Notes under the pieces: generated by a model | Database searches by the model: none | What the model saw: only the letters and a program-made list of their open reading frames with translations | What the model was told of the DNA's origin: nothing | Assembly: GCA_049840735.1 (NCBI GenBank) | Contig: JASGJN010000020.1 | Coordinates: 128,001 to 192,000 of the forward strand | Source of the DNA: Anaeromyxobacter sp. | Lineage (GTDB): Bacteria; Myxococcota; Myxococcia; Myxococcales; Anaeromyxobacteraceae | DNA length: 64,000 nt | Direction: 5' to 3' | Shown: piece by piece, positions 53,017 through 62,635 of the stretch | Layout: each line of letters opens with the position of its first letter | How positions within the stretch are numbered: position 1 is the stretch's first letter | Translations under genes and position numbers: made by a program

Positions 53017-53768
53017 CAGGTCCCCACGAAGACCACGGTCGCGGCGTAGTCCGCCACCAGGATGGCGATGGAGCTCGCCACCACCGCCCGGGTGGTCCCC
53101 TCTCCCACTCCCTGCGCGCCCCCGCGCGCGGAGTAGCCGCGCCAGGTGGTGATGATGGCGACGATGGCCCCGAACACCAGGGCCTTGCCCAGCCCGTGGA
53201 AGATGTCGTCCGGCCCCACGAACTCGCGGGTGTGGGCGATGAACGGGCCCTCCGGGATGCCGGCCACGTAGATGCCCATCAGGTAGGCCCCGCCGAACCC
53301 GAGGACGTTGAAGAGCATGGTGAGGGCCGGGAACATGGCCACGGCGGCCAGCACCCGCGGGACCACCAGGTACTGGATGGGCGAGACGGCCATGGTCTCC
53401 ATGGCGTCGATCTGCTCGGTCACGCGCATGGTGCCCAGCTCGGTGGCGATGGCGCTGCCCGCCCGCCCGGTCACCATCAGCGCCGTGAACACCGGCGCCA
53501 GCTCGCGCGAGAGGGCGAAGGCGGTCGAGCCGCCCACGTACCCCTCCGCCGCGAACTGCTTCATGGCGTAGTTCATCTGCAGGCCGAAGACCATGCCGGC
53601 GAAGGTGCCGGTCACGCCCACGATGAAGGCGGACCCCACGCCGATGAACGCCATCTGCTGGATGACGAGGTCGAGGCGGAACGGGGGCCGGAAGGCCCAG
53701 GCCACGGTCTCGGCCGCGAAGAACAGCATCTGGCCGAAATCCTCGAACGCCGCGCGCAGCTTCCTCAT
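53016..53768 (-). CDS. mlaE: MlaE permease
   Basis: RELAPV..GRAGSAIATELGTMRVTEQIDA, GGAQGVGEGTTRAVV. Confidence 0.93.
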   Translation of the reverse strand: MRKLRAAFEDFGQMLFFAAETVAWAFRPPFRLDLVIQQMAFIGVGSAFIVGVTGTFAGMVFGLQMNYAMKQFAAEGYVGGSTAFALSRELAPVFTALMVTGRAGSAIATELGTMRVTEQIDAMETMAVSPIQYLVVPRVLAAVAMFPALTMLFNVLGFGGAYLMGIYVAGIPEGPFIAHTREFVGPDDIFHGLGKALVFGAIVAIITTWRGYSARGGAQGVGEGTTRAVVASSIAILVADYAATVVFVGT

Positions 53769-53877
53769 GGATGAGCCATTGTCGCACGGCACGCCGGCGG
53801 GCGGGGGACCGAGAACGCACCCCCGGGGCCTTGGGCCGCGGGCGGACCGGCCCGAGCACGGCTATACTGCGCCGCCC

Positions 53878-54285
53878 ATGCTCAAGGTCGGCGGTGAGGT
53901 CGATGCGTTCTGCACCCGGTGCGAGCTCAAGCTCGCGCACACCATCCACGCGATGGTCTCCGGGCGCCCGGTCAAGGTGGAGTGCAACACCTGCCACTCG
54001 GTCCACCGGTTCCGCGACCCGCTGCCCCGGTCGGCCGGGTCCAAGGCGGCCGGACCCCGGGCGGAGCGGCCGGCCCGCGAGAAGGCCTCGGTGACCGCCT
54101 TCGAGGACCTGCTGGCGACTCGCACGCGGCCGGCCCAGCCCTACTCGCCCAAGGCCAGGTTCGCCGTGGACGACGTCGTCGATCACCCGGTCTTCGGCCG
54201 CGGCTTCGTGTCCGCGGTCAAGGACGCCGGCAAGGTGGAGATCACCTTCCGGTCGGACGTGAAGATCCTGGTCCACGGCCGCTGA
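53878..54285 (+). CDS. Conserved hypothetical protein (Zn finger + SH3-like C-terminus)
   Basis: CTRC..H..CNTC..H and F.VDDVVDHPVFGRGFV. Confidence 0.75.
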   Translation: MLKVGGEVDAFCTRCELKLAHTIHAMVSGRPVKVECNTCHSVHRFRDPLPRSAGSKAAGPRAERPAREKASVTAFEDLLATRTRPAQPYSPKARFAVDDVVDHPVFGRGFVSAVKDAGKVEITFRSDVKILVHGR

Positions 54286-54376
54286 ACCGGCCGGCCAGGG
54301 GCTCGCCCTGCGGCCTTGCGCGGCTTCCCTGGCGGGGCGGGTTCCGCTAGGTTGGTCCCCTTCCCGGAGCCCACCC

Positions 54377-55165
54377 ATGCGCCCTCTCTCGGCCGTCGCC
54401 GCCCTCGCCCTGCTCGCCGCCTGCAACCGCACGCCTCCGGCTCCCGCCGCGGGCGAGCCGGCGGCCCCTTCGCCGTCCGGCCCGGCCAGCGGCGCCGCTC
54501 CGGCCGCAGATCAGGGCGCCTACGTGGTCTCCGTCACGGTCCTGCGGCGCGAGGCCAGCGAGGCGCAGAAGGTCCCGGGGCCGAGCGGCAAGGAGGTCGG
54601 GAACTACCTCGCCACGCTCAACCGCGGCGAGAAGGTGAGCCCGCTCGAGCTGCGCGAGGACTGGGCCCGCGTCCGCGCCTCGGACGACAAGGAGGGCTGG
54701 CTCAAGCGGTCGGCGCTGCTCGAGGGCGAGGGCATCAGCGAGGCCACCGTGCTGGTCCAGGCCGACGTCTTCGACCGCCCCGAGATGCTGGCGGCCAACG
54801 CCAAGAAGAAGATCGAGCCCGGCACGCTGGTGCTGGTGATCCGCGCCCGGCCGCCCTTCTCCGAGGTGAACGTGGCGGGCAGCCAGACCGCCTGGGTCCT
54901 CTCCGAGCGGCTCAACACCGGCGAGCGCGAGGTGCAGGTCTCGAAGCTGATCGAGAAGGCCCGCTACCTGGTCCGCGCCAACCGCAAGGAGGAGGCGCTG
55001 TCGCTGCTGGCCCTGGCCCGCGAGCACTTCAACGGCGTGGCGCTGGTGGACGTGCTGGCCACCGAGCTGGGCGAGGTGCCCCCGGCGGTCGATGCCGTGG
55101 CGGTGCCGGCCGTGGGCGAGGCTCCGGCCGCCCCGGCGCCCACCGACGCGCCGCAGGCGCAGTAG
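54377..55165 (+). CDS. SH3b-like domain lipoprotein
   Basis: Lipobox LLAA-C; LNRGEKV..WARVR..EGWL. Confidence 0.75.
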   Translation: MRPLSAVAALALLAACNRTPPAPAAGEPAAPSPSGPASGAAPAADQGAYVVSVTVLRREASEAQKVPGPSGKEVGNYLATLNRGEKVSPLELREDWARVRASDDKEGWLKRSALLEGEGISEATVLVQADVFDRPEMLAANAKKKIEPGTLVLVIRARPPFSEVNVAGSQTAWVLSERLNTGEREVQVSKLIEKARYLVRANRKEEALSLLALAREHFNGVALVDVLATELGEVPPAVDAVAVPAVGEAPAAPAPTDAPQAQ

Positions 55166-55171
55166 CCGGCG

Positions 55172-55861
55172 TCAGCGCCGCAGCTCGGCCAGCACCGCCG
55201 CCAGATCGGCGGGCAGCCCGGCCTCCAGCGTCAGCGCCCCGCCCGCCGGGTGGGGCAGCTCCAGCCGCGCCGCGTGCAGCGGGGTCCTGGCCAGCGCGGC
55301 GCCTCCGGGCGCAGCCAGCGGACCCGCCTCGCCGTAGTCCGGGTCCACCGCCAGCGGCGTGCCGGCCCAGGCCAGGTGGACGCGGATCTGGTGGGTCCGG
55401 CCGGTCTCCGGCAGCGCCTCCACCAGGGCCAGCGCCCCGCCGGTCCAGGGGCGCTCCGCGAACCGCTCCAGACAGCGCACCCGCGTGGCCGAGGGCTTCC
55501 CGCGGGGATCGCCCGGCTCGACCGCCCGCATCCGCCCCTTGCGCCCCTGGGCGATGGGCGCCTCCAGCCGCTGCTCGTCCGGCGGCGCGCCGCGCACCAG
55601 CGCCAGGTAGCGCTTGCGCGGCTCGCCCCGCTCGAAGGCCAGGTTGAGCGCGCGGTGGGCCTCCGCGGAGCGCGCGAAGACCAGCACCCCGCTCGTGCCG
55701 CGATCCAGCCGGTGCACCACCCAGAGCCGGCCGTGGACCGCCTCCAGCTCCTCGCGCAGGCTGGGCTCGCCGGCCACGCGCCCCGGGATGACCAGCCGCC
55801 CGGGCGGCTTGTCCACGGCCAGCAGGTGCGCGTCGAGGTGCAGGACCGGCGGAGCGGTCAC
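55172..55861 (-). CDS. RluA-family pseudouridine synthase
   Basis: VDKPPG, VHRLDRGTSG, TGRTHQIRVH, LHAARL. Confidence 0.93.
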   Translation of the reverse strand: MTAPPVLHLDAHLLAVDKPPGRLVIPGRVAGEPSLREELEAVHGRLWVVHRLDRGTSGVLVFARSAEAHRALNLAFERGEPRKRYLALVRGAPPDEQRLEAPIAQGRKGRMRAVEPGDPRGKPSATRVRCLERFAERPWTGGALALVEALPETGRTHQIRVHLAWAGTPLAVDPDYGEAGPLAAPGGAALARTPLHAARLELPHPAGGALTLEAGLPADLAAVLAELRR

Positions 55862-57175
55862 GCCAGCTTCCCGGCCGGGAGGACCGTCACCGGGCCGAAG
55901 CGCGCCAGCGGCCTGGCCAGCGCCCTGGCCGGCCCCACCACCACCACCGCTCCGCGCTCCAGCGCCAGGTAGCGCTCCGCCACCGCGCGGCAGCCCTCGG
56001 CGGTCACCGCGCGCACGTGCTCGCGGAAGCCGGTGACCTCGGTGTCCTCGAGGCCGAACAGGCTCAGGTCGGCCAGTCGCTCCGCCACCTGGTCGTGCGT
56101 CTCGAGCGACATGGGGTAGAGGCCGCACAGGTAGCCCTGCATCCGCTCCAGCTCGTCGGCGGTGGGGCCGGCCTCGCGGAAGCGGGCGGTCTCGTCCAGC
56201 GCCACCTGCACCAGCTCGGCGGCGGTCTCGACCTTGGTGAAGGACGAGATGGCGAAGAAGCCGCCCGCCAGGCTGGTGACGAACCGGCTCCGCACGCCGT
56301 AGGAGAGGCCGCGGTTGACGCGGATGGCCTCCATGAGCCGCGAGGTGAAGCCGCCGCCCAGCAGCGCGCTGGCCAGCATGGCCGGGTAGTAGACCGGGCT
56401 CTTGCGCGGGAAGCCCTCCCCCACGATCCGCACCTGGGCCTGCGTGAGAATCCGGCTTGTCCACCAGCAGCACCGAGCGCTCCGGCGGCCGGGGCGCCGG
56501 CAGCGCCGGCAGCGACACCGCGGGCGCCTTCCACCCGGCGAAGCGGCGCCGGACCAGCTTCAGCGACTGCTCCAGCGGCAGCGTCCCCACCACCACCACG
56601 ATGGCGTGGGCCGGGTGGTAGGCGCGCGCGTGCGCCACCACGTCGGCGCGGCGCAGCCGCCCCAGCTCGCGGACACGGCCCTCGGACGGGCGGCCGTAGG
56701 GGTGGCCGGGGAAGGCCGCCGACAGCATGGCGCGGTCGGCGATCACCCCGGGCTCGTCCAGATCGTGCGCCAGCGCGGCCAGCTCGCGCCGCCGCAGCCG
56801 GTCCACCTCGCGGGCCGGGAAGGAGGGGGCCGAGACCAGCTCCGCCAGCACGTCCAGGCAGGTGGGCAGCACCTCCACCGGCGCGGAGACCGCGAACCCG
56901 GAGGCGTCCTCGTCCACGCCCACGCCCAGGTCGGCGCCCAGCGACTCGACCAGCAGGTCGATCTCCGGGCCGGTCCGGGTGCGGGTGCCGCGCCGGGCCG
57001 CCAGGGCGGTCAGGTGGGCCCGGCCGGCGCGGCCGGCGGGATCGAGGGAGGCGCCGCCGCGGATCACCACCCGGGCGGCGGCCAGCGGCACGCCGGGGCG
57101 CTGGGCCACCACCACCTGCAGGCCGCTGGGCAGGGTCTCGCGGTGGATGGGGGGAAGGCGGATGGGCGGGCTCAC
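55858..57175 (-). CDS. M16 peptidase, non-catalytic subunit; +1 frameshift at about 56450
   Basis: TLPSGLQV, HPYGRP, LGGGFTSRLMEAIRVNRGLSYG; lacks HxxEH. Confidence 0.85.
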
Positions 57176-58449
57176 TTGACCACCTCCGGCCGCAGCTCGA
57201 CCACGCACTGCTTCGCGGGATCGAGGTACTGGGCGGCCACCCGCTTCACGTCGCGGGCGGTGACCTTCGCGTACTGCTCGAGGGTCCGCCCCGCCTCGCG
57301 CCAGTCCCCCAGCAGCGCCTCGGCCTGCCCCAGCGCGTGGGCCACGCCGTGGTGCGTCGCCAGCTCGTGCAGCACCGAGCTGCGCAGGAGCGCCCGGGCC
57401 CGCCGCAGCTCCTCGCCGGTCACCCCGCGCTCGGCCACCTTGGCGATCTCCTCGCCCAGCACCGCCTCGGCCCGCGCCACCTTCACGCCCGGCGCCAGCT
57501 CGGCGAAGGCGAAGAAGACCCCCGGGTCGATGCGCCAGCCCCAGCTCAGCGTCACCGACACCGCCAGCTCCAGGTCGAGCACCATCCGCTTGCGCAGCCG
57601 CGAGGCCTCGCCCACCGCCAGGCAGGCCTGCAGCACGTCCAGCGCCGGCGCGTCCGGGCTCCGCGCGTCCGGGCCGCGCCAGCCCATCAGCAGCGCCGGG
57701 GCCTGGGCCGGGTAGCGGACCTGGGCCCGCCGCTCGCCGCGCTGGGGCGGCTCGCCCAGCGCCACCGGGGCGGGGGCCGGGCCGCGCGGGATGTCGCCGT
57801 AGGCCGCCTCGATGGCCCGGTGCACCGCGTCGGCGTCCACGTCGCCCACGCAGTAGATGGCCGCGTTGCTGGGCGCGTAGTAGGTCCGGAAGAAGGCCTC
57901 GCAGTCGTCCCGCGAGATGCGCTCGATGTCGTCCATCCAGCCGATGACCGGCCAGCGGTAGGGGTGGGCCAGGAAGACCAGCGCCTCCAGCTGCTCCTCC
58001 ATCAGGCCGAAGATGGAGTTGTCGGTCCGGAGCCGGCGCTCCTCCTTCACCACCTCGCGCTCCTGGTCCAGCGCCTCCTGCGTCAGCCGCAGCGAGCGCA
58101 TCCGGTCCGACTCGAGGTCCAGGACCGTGTCCAGCGCCTCGACGGCGAAGTCCTCGTAGTAGGCCGTGAGGTCGTTGGAGGTGTAGGCGTTGGAGTGGCC
58201 GCCCTTCGACTCCAGGACGCGGTCGAACTCCTTGGGCCCGTACTTGGCCGCCCCGTTGAACATCATGTGCTCGAAGAGGTGGCTGATGCCGGTCAGCCCC
58301 AGCCGCTCGTTGCGCGAGCCGACCTGGAAGAACGTGTAGTAGCTCACGGTGGGGCTGGCGCGGTCGGGCAGGACACGAACGCGCAGCCCATTCGGGAGCG
58401 TCCGCTCGACCAGGGGGGAGAGGTCGAGGACGTTGGGAACCTGTCGCAT
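57172..58449 (-). CDS. M16 (pitrilysin-family) zinc peptidase, catalytic subunit
   Basis: GISHLFEHMMFNG, NAYTSND, EREVVKEERR, HPYRWPVIGW. Confidence 0.93.
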   Translation of the reverse strand: MRQVPNVLDLSPLVERTLPNGLRVRVLPDRASPTVSYYTFFQVGSRNERLGLTGISHLFEHMMFNGAAKYGPKEFDRVLESKGGHSNAYTSNDLTAYYEDFAVEALDTVLDLESDRMRSLRLTQEALDQEREVVKEERRLRTDNSIFGLMEEQLEALVFLAHPYRWPVIGWMDDIERISRDDCEAFFRTYYAPSNAAIYCVGDVDADAVHRAIEAAYGDIPRGPAPAPVALGEPPQRGERRAQVRYPAQAPALLMGWRGPDARSPDAPALDVLQACLAVGEASRLRKRMVLDLELAVSVTLSWGWRIDPGVFFAFAELAPGVKVARAEAVLGEEIAKVAERGVTGEELRRARALLRSSVLHELATHHGVAHALGQAEALLGDWREAGRTLEQYAKVTARDVKRVAAQYLDPAKQCVVELRPEVVK

Positions 58450-58660
58450 GGGAGGCGGAACATAGCCCCGGGTCGCCAGCCCGTCCATCAGCCGTGGCGG
58501 CCGGCCGAGGGGCTGGCGCAGGCGGTCACTGGCGGTGCGAGGCCCCCATTCCGATATTTCATGTCCAGGGTATCTCTGACGGCAAATCGACGCAGAGTCG
58601 CTGGAGATTAGGTCCAGATCACCCCACCCTTCGCCGCACACCTGCGAGGGACAGCATCGG

Positions 58661-58903
58661 ATGGCAAAGACCAGAACCCAGCGTGACCCGCGCCGCGAGG
58701 AGCTCCGGCGCCTTGGCGAGCGAGTCCGCGAGCACCGCCGGACCCGTGGAATGACCCAGGAAGCGCTGGCGGAAGCGCTCGATCTGTCGGTCGCCTACGT
58801 CAGCCTGATCGAGCGCGGCGGGCGGAACCCGCCTTACACGACGGTCGTGTCGATAGCCCGCGCGCTCGGCATCTCGCCGTCGCGCATCGTCCCGGAGGAG
58901 TAG
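58661..58903 (+). CDS. XRE-family HTH transcriptional regulator
   Basis: GMTQEALAEALDLSVAYVSLIERGGRNP. Confidence 0.9.
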   Translation: MAKTRTQRDPRREELRRLGERVREHRRTRGMTQEALAEALDLSVAYVSLIERGGRNPPYTTVVSIARALGISPSRIVPEE

Positions 58904-58929
58904 CGGCGCTGGTGTGGCCGCCACCCGGC

Positions 58930-59199
58930 TCACAGTGAGTCGAGGGGTCGGCCGCAGTCCGCGCAGCGCCCCTGGCGCCGCCGGAGCGGCAGCCCGCAGC
59001 CCGGGCAGCGCCGGACCGGCCGCTCGTGCCGGGTGGCCGCCGCGCGGCCGTCGCCGGGAGGCGCCTGTCCCGACTCGAGCCGGGCCACGCGGTCCTCCAG
59101 CGCCGCCAGGCGCGCGGCCAGCGCGCGCGGCGCGCGCACGGCCCCCGCCGTCCCCGAGGGGCGCTTCGTCCCGGCTGCACGTCGCTTCGCCGCGGCCAC
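58930..59199 (-). CDS. Small protein with short coiled coil and zinc ribbon
   Basis: RLAALEDRVARLE; CPGC..CADC. Confidence 0.55.
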   Translation of the reverse strand: MAAAKRRAAGTKRPSGTAGAVRAPRALAARLAALEDRVARLESGQAPPGDGRAAATRHERPVRRCPGCGLPLRRRQGRCADCGRPLDSL

Positions 59200-59383
59200 G
59201 CCGGGAGCCTGCCACGCGGCCGCCCGGGGTCAACTTCTCAGCGGGGCGTCCCCTCCCCAACGCCGGCGGGCGCGGCCGGGCCGCCGCCCTGCCCGCGGCT
59301 GGCCCGCGGACCATCCGTCCGGGCGGGCGCGCCCCTGCCGCGCGTTGAGGGGGCCCGGCGCCCGTGTTATCCCCATCGACCCG

Positions 59384-61021
59384 ATGGAGAACCTCCGCAC
59401 GCCCTCACCGGCGCCCGCCCCCGCGGCCCCTGGCGAGCCCGCCTACGCGCGCCCGGAGATCCAGGCGCTGCTCACCGAGCCCCGCGCCCCGCACCGCGAG
59501 GTGCCCCGCGGCCGCGAGATCTTCGTCAACCGCAACCTGCGCATGGACCGGGTCGAGGCCGTCGGCTTCGACATGGACTACACGCTGGCCATGTACCACC
59601 TGCAGCGGCTCGAGACGCTCGCCTTCGAGATGACGCTGGCGCGCATGATCGAGTTCATGGGCTACCCGCCCACGCTGGGCGCGCTCACCTACGACCCGGC
59701 CTTCGTGATCCGCGGCCTGGTGGTGGACAAGGCGCACGGCCACCTCTTCAAGCTCGACCGCCACAACCACGTGGGCCGCTGCTACCACGGCCGCCAGCCG
59801 CTGCCGCCGGAGGAGCGGCACCGCCTGTACCGGAACGAGAAGATCCACCTCTCCTCGCCGCGCTTCGCCTGGATCGACACCCTCTTCGCGCTGCCGGAGG
59901 CCTGCCTGTTCGGCCTCATCATCGAGCTGCTGGAGGGCCAGGGGCGGAAGGTGGACTACGGGCAGCTCTTCGCCGACATCCGCGAGGCCATCGACACGGT
60001 CCACCGCGACGGCTCGCTCAAGAGCGAGGTGCGCAAGGACCTGGCGCGCTACATCCAGCGCGACCCGGAGCTGGGGCCGGCGCTGCACAAGCTCCGCTCC
60101 GGCGGCAAGAAGCTCTTCCTGCTCACCAACTCGCTCTGGGACTACACCGACGCGGTCATGAGCTTCCTGCTCGACGGCGTGCTCCCCGAGTACCCGAGTT
60201 GGCGCAACTACTTCGACGCGGTCATCACCGGCGCGGCCAAGCCGGCCTTCTTCTCCGAGAAGCGGGCGCTGCACCAGCTGGGCGCGGCCGGCGAGCGGCT
60301 GGGCGAGGCCCAGGCGCTGGAGCGCGGCAAGACCTACGAGGGCGGCGACCTGCCCACGCTGGAGCGGCTGCTGGGCATTGGCGGCGACCGGGTGCTCTAC
60401 GTCGGCGACCACATCTACGGCGACATCCTCCGCTCCAAGAAGTCCTCGCTCTGGCGCACCTGCATGGTGGTGCCGGAGATCGAGGGCGAGCTGGCCTGGC
60501 TCGACCGGAACACGGGCGCGCTGGAGGAGATGGGGGCGCTGGAGGAGCTGCGGGTGCGGGTGGAGGACGAGGTGGCGGCGCACCGGTCCGGCCTGAACGG
60601 CCTCGACCGCAAGCTCGACCGCGGCGCGGTGGCCGGGGCCGAGCGCGACGGGCTGGAGGCGGAGCGCCGGCGGCTCAAGGGCGAGCTGGAGGGGCTGCGG
60701 GCGGCGCTGCGGGACGCCAACGGCCGCATCGGCGAGCTGGGGCGGCAGCTGGAGGAAGGGCTCAACCCGTACTGGGGGCTCACCTTCAAGGAAGGGAACG
60801 AGAACTCGCGCTTCGGCGAGCAGGTGGAGGTCTACGCCTGCCTCTACACCAGCCGCGCCTCCAACTTCGCCTTCCCCTCGCCCATGCAGTACTTCCGCTC
60901 GCCCCGGGCCGCCATGCCGCACGAGCGTTCGGCGCCGGTCAGGATCTCGCCGTACGGCGACGAGCACGGCGCGCCGGTGGCCGGCAGCCGGCCGTCCAAG
61001 GTGAGCAAGGCCGGGCGGTAG
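59384..61021 (+). CDS. HAD-IG (cN-II/NT5C2-like) 5'-nucleotidase
   Basis: GFDMDYTLA, LLTNS, AKPAFF, YVGDHIYGDI, YACLYTS. Confidence 0.92.
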   Translation: MENLRTPSPAPAPAAPGEPAYARPEIQALLTEPRAPHREVPRGREIFVNRNLRMDRVEAVGFDMDYTLAMYHLQRLETLAFEMTLARMIEFMGYPPTLGALTYDPAFVIRGLVVDKAHGHLFKLDRHNHVGRCYHGRQPLPPEERHRLYRNEKIHLSSPRFAWIDTLFALPEACLFGLIIELLEGQGRKVDYGQLFADIREAIDTVHRDGSLKSEVRKDLARYIQRDPELGPALHKLRSGGKKLFLLTNSLWDYTDAVMSFLLDGVLPEYPSWRNYFDAVITGAAKPAFFSEKRALHQLGAAGERLGEAQALERGKTYEGGDLPTLERLLGIGGDRVLYVGDHIYGDILRSKKSSLWRTCMVVPEIEGELAWLDRNTGALEEMGALEELRVRVEDEVAAHRSGLNGLDRKLDRGAVAGAERDGLEAERRRLKGELEGLRAALRDANGRIGELGRQLEEGLNPYWGLTFKEGNENSRFGEQVEVYACLYTSRASNFAFPSPMQYFRSPRAAMPHERSAPVRISPYGDEHGAPVAGSRPSKVSKAGR

Positions 61022-61024
61022 CGC

Positions 61025-61522
61025 TCAGCGGCGCGGCTTCACGTAGACCGCGTTGAGGATGATCGGCTGCTCGCCGTCGATCTCGACGAACGGCATGTCG
61101 TTGCCCTCGTCGATGCCCTCCCCGGCGGCCAGCGAGCGCTCGAAGGCGGGCGCGGGCGAGAGCGCGTCGTCGGCGCGGGAGCTGTTGAGCGAGGCGACCA
61201 GGAGGGTGGGCTGGGCGCCGTGCGGCGTCGCCGTCAGGTCCCAGGCCACGTTCACCTTGAGCGCCGCGGCGGCCCGCGTGGACTTCCATTCGATCCGGTC
61301 GATCTTGCACCAGGGCGCGACGCCGGGGCGGCGCTCAATCACGTAGCGGAGCCGGTAGGACAGGTCGACCGGCACGGCCGCGGTCCGCGGGGTCTTCACC
61401 TTCCAGCCCGACCAGGAGGTCCGGTCCGGAGCCGCCGCGGCGCGCTTGCACTCGGGCTGCTTGAAGGCGGGCTCGGCCGGCGCCGCGAGCGCTGCGGAGA
61501 GGACCAGCGCGGTCAGGATCAT
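61025..61522 (-). CDS. Hypothetical secreted protein
   Basis: Signal peptide; GGAG RBS. Confidence 0.65.
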   Translation of the reverse strand: MILTALVLSAALAAPAEPAFKQPECKRAAAAPDRTSWSGWKVKTPRTAAVPVDLSYRLRYVIERRPGVAPWCKIDRIEWKSTRAAAALKVNVAWDLTATPHGAQPTLLVASLNSSRADDALSPAPAFERSLAAGEGIDEGNDMPFVEIDGEQPIILNAVYVKPRR

Positions 61523-61715
61523 GACAGGGACTCCGGTGCAGGGCGTGGTGGGCCAGCTGCCCGGCAGCTTTCCACGTCGGCCGGGGCCGGTTCAATGTGC
61601 GCTGGGTCCGTGCGCGGCGCCGGCCTGTCCCACGGGGACCGGACGCACCTAAGCCCCGCCGCGACCGCTGGGCCCCTTCCGCGCGCGCCGATTTCCTGGG
61701 ATGACTGGGCGTTCC

Positions 61716-62360
61716 ATGGCACCTGCCGCGCGCTTCCCGTCCGTCCACGCTCCCCTCGAAGACACCCTCGACTCCGCCCGCCGCATCGTCGTGCGCCAGT
61801 CCCGCGACTGGTCCGAACTGATCGGCGTCGAGGCGGCCAACCGCTACGCCCTGCTCACCGAGTCCGGCGCGCTGGCCGGCTGGGCGCTGGAGCAGCCCGG
61901 CAACTGGTTCATCCGCATGTGGCTCAAGGCGCGCCGTCCGTTCGAGATGGACGTGGTGGCCGGCGAGGCCGACCAGCGCCCCGCGCTGCGCCTCTCGCGC
62001 CCCTGGACCTTCTGGTTCGCCCGCCTCGAGGTCCGCGACGGCGGCGGCCGGTCGCTGGGCGCCATCCAGGAGCGCTTCTCGATCCTGCGCCGCCGCTTCG
62101 ACCTCGTCGGCGCCGACGGCCAGCTCCTGGCCCGCCTCATCGGCCCGCTCTGGAAGCCCTGGACCTTCCTGCTCCACCCCGCCGAGGGCGAGCGCGAGGT
62201 GGGCCGCATCGAGAAGCGCTGGTCCGGGCTCACCAGCGAGCTCTTCACCGACGCCGACACCTTCCTCGTCACCCTCCCGCAGTCCTCGCCTGCCCTCCGC
62301 CGCCTCACGCTGGCCGCCGCGGTGGTGATCGACTTCAAGTTCTTCGAGAACGACGAGTAG
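61716..62360 (+). CDS. Phospholipid scramblase / LURP-one-like protein
   Basis: E.ANRY, RRPFEM, IEKRWSGL..ELFTDADTF, IDFKFFE. Confidence 0.8.
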   Translation: MAPAARFPSVHAPLEDTLDSARRIVVRQSRDWSELIGVEAANRYALLTESGALAGWALEQPGNWFIRMWLKARRPFEMDVVAGEADQRPALRLSRPWTFWFARLEVRDGGGRSLGAIQERFSILRRRFDLVGADGQLLARLIGPLWKPWTFLLHPAEGEREVGRIEKRWSGLTSELFTDADTFLVTLPQSSPALRRLTLAAAVVIDFKFFENDE

Positions 62361-62427
62361 CGGGGTGGAAGGACGGACCGGCGCCCGGTCTTGAAAAGGG
62401 CGGATGTGGTCACGGCGCGCGTGACCT

Positions 62428-62460
62428 CCGCTCGCCCTGAGCCTGTCGAAGGGCGAGCGG
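62428..62460 (+). repeat. REP-like repeat, short form
   Basis: CCGCTCGCCCT-GAGCCTGTCGA-AGGGCGAGCGG, identical to 25521-25553. Confidence 0.88.
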
Positions 62461-62486
62461 GATCGAGTCCTGCTACAGTGCCCGAC

Positions 62487-62582
62487 GGCAGGACTTCCCA
62501 GGCTGGTGCCGGGCCCGGTCTTCAAAACCGGTGGATGGTGCTGAGAGGCGCTGTCGGGGGGTTCGATTCCCCTGCCCTGCCG
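62487..62582 (+). tRNA. selC: tRNA-Sec (TCA); CCA not encoded
   Basis: Anticodon arm CCGGT-CTTCAAA-ACCGG, 8-bp acceptor and 5-bp T stem, TGGT D-loop, 9-bp variable arm with GAGA loop, G discriminator; extended -10 TGCTACAGT at 62471. Confidence 0.9.
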
Positions 62583-62635
62583 CTTCCCACCCGCCAAGCC
62601 GCGCCGCGGCAGCGCACCCAGCCCTGCCGCCCCCA

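Noticed and set aside
58575..58620. GGCAAA..GACGCAGAG upstream of the XRE gene resembles c-di-GMP-I riboswitch motifs
   Set aside because: Only 2 nt separate the motifs, so the P2 stem with GNRA loop cannot form; an Rfam scan would settle it.
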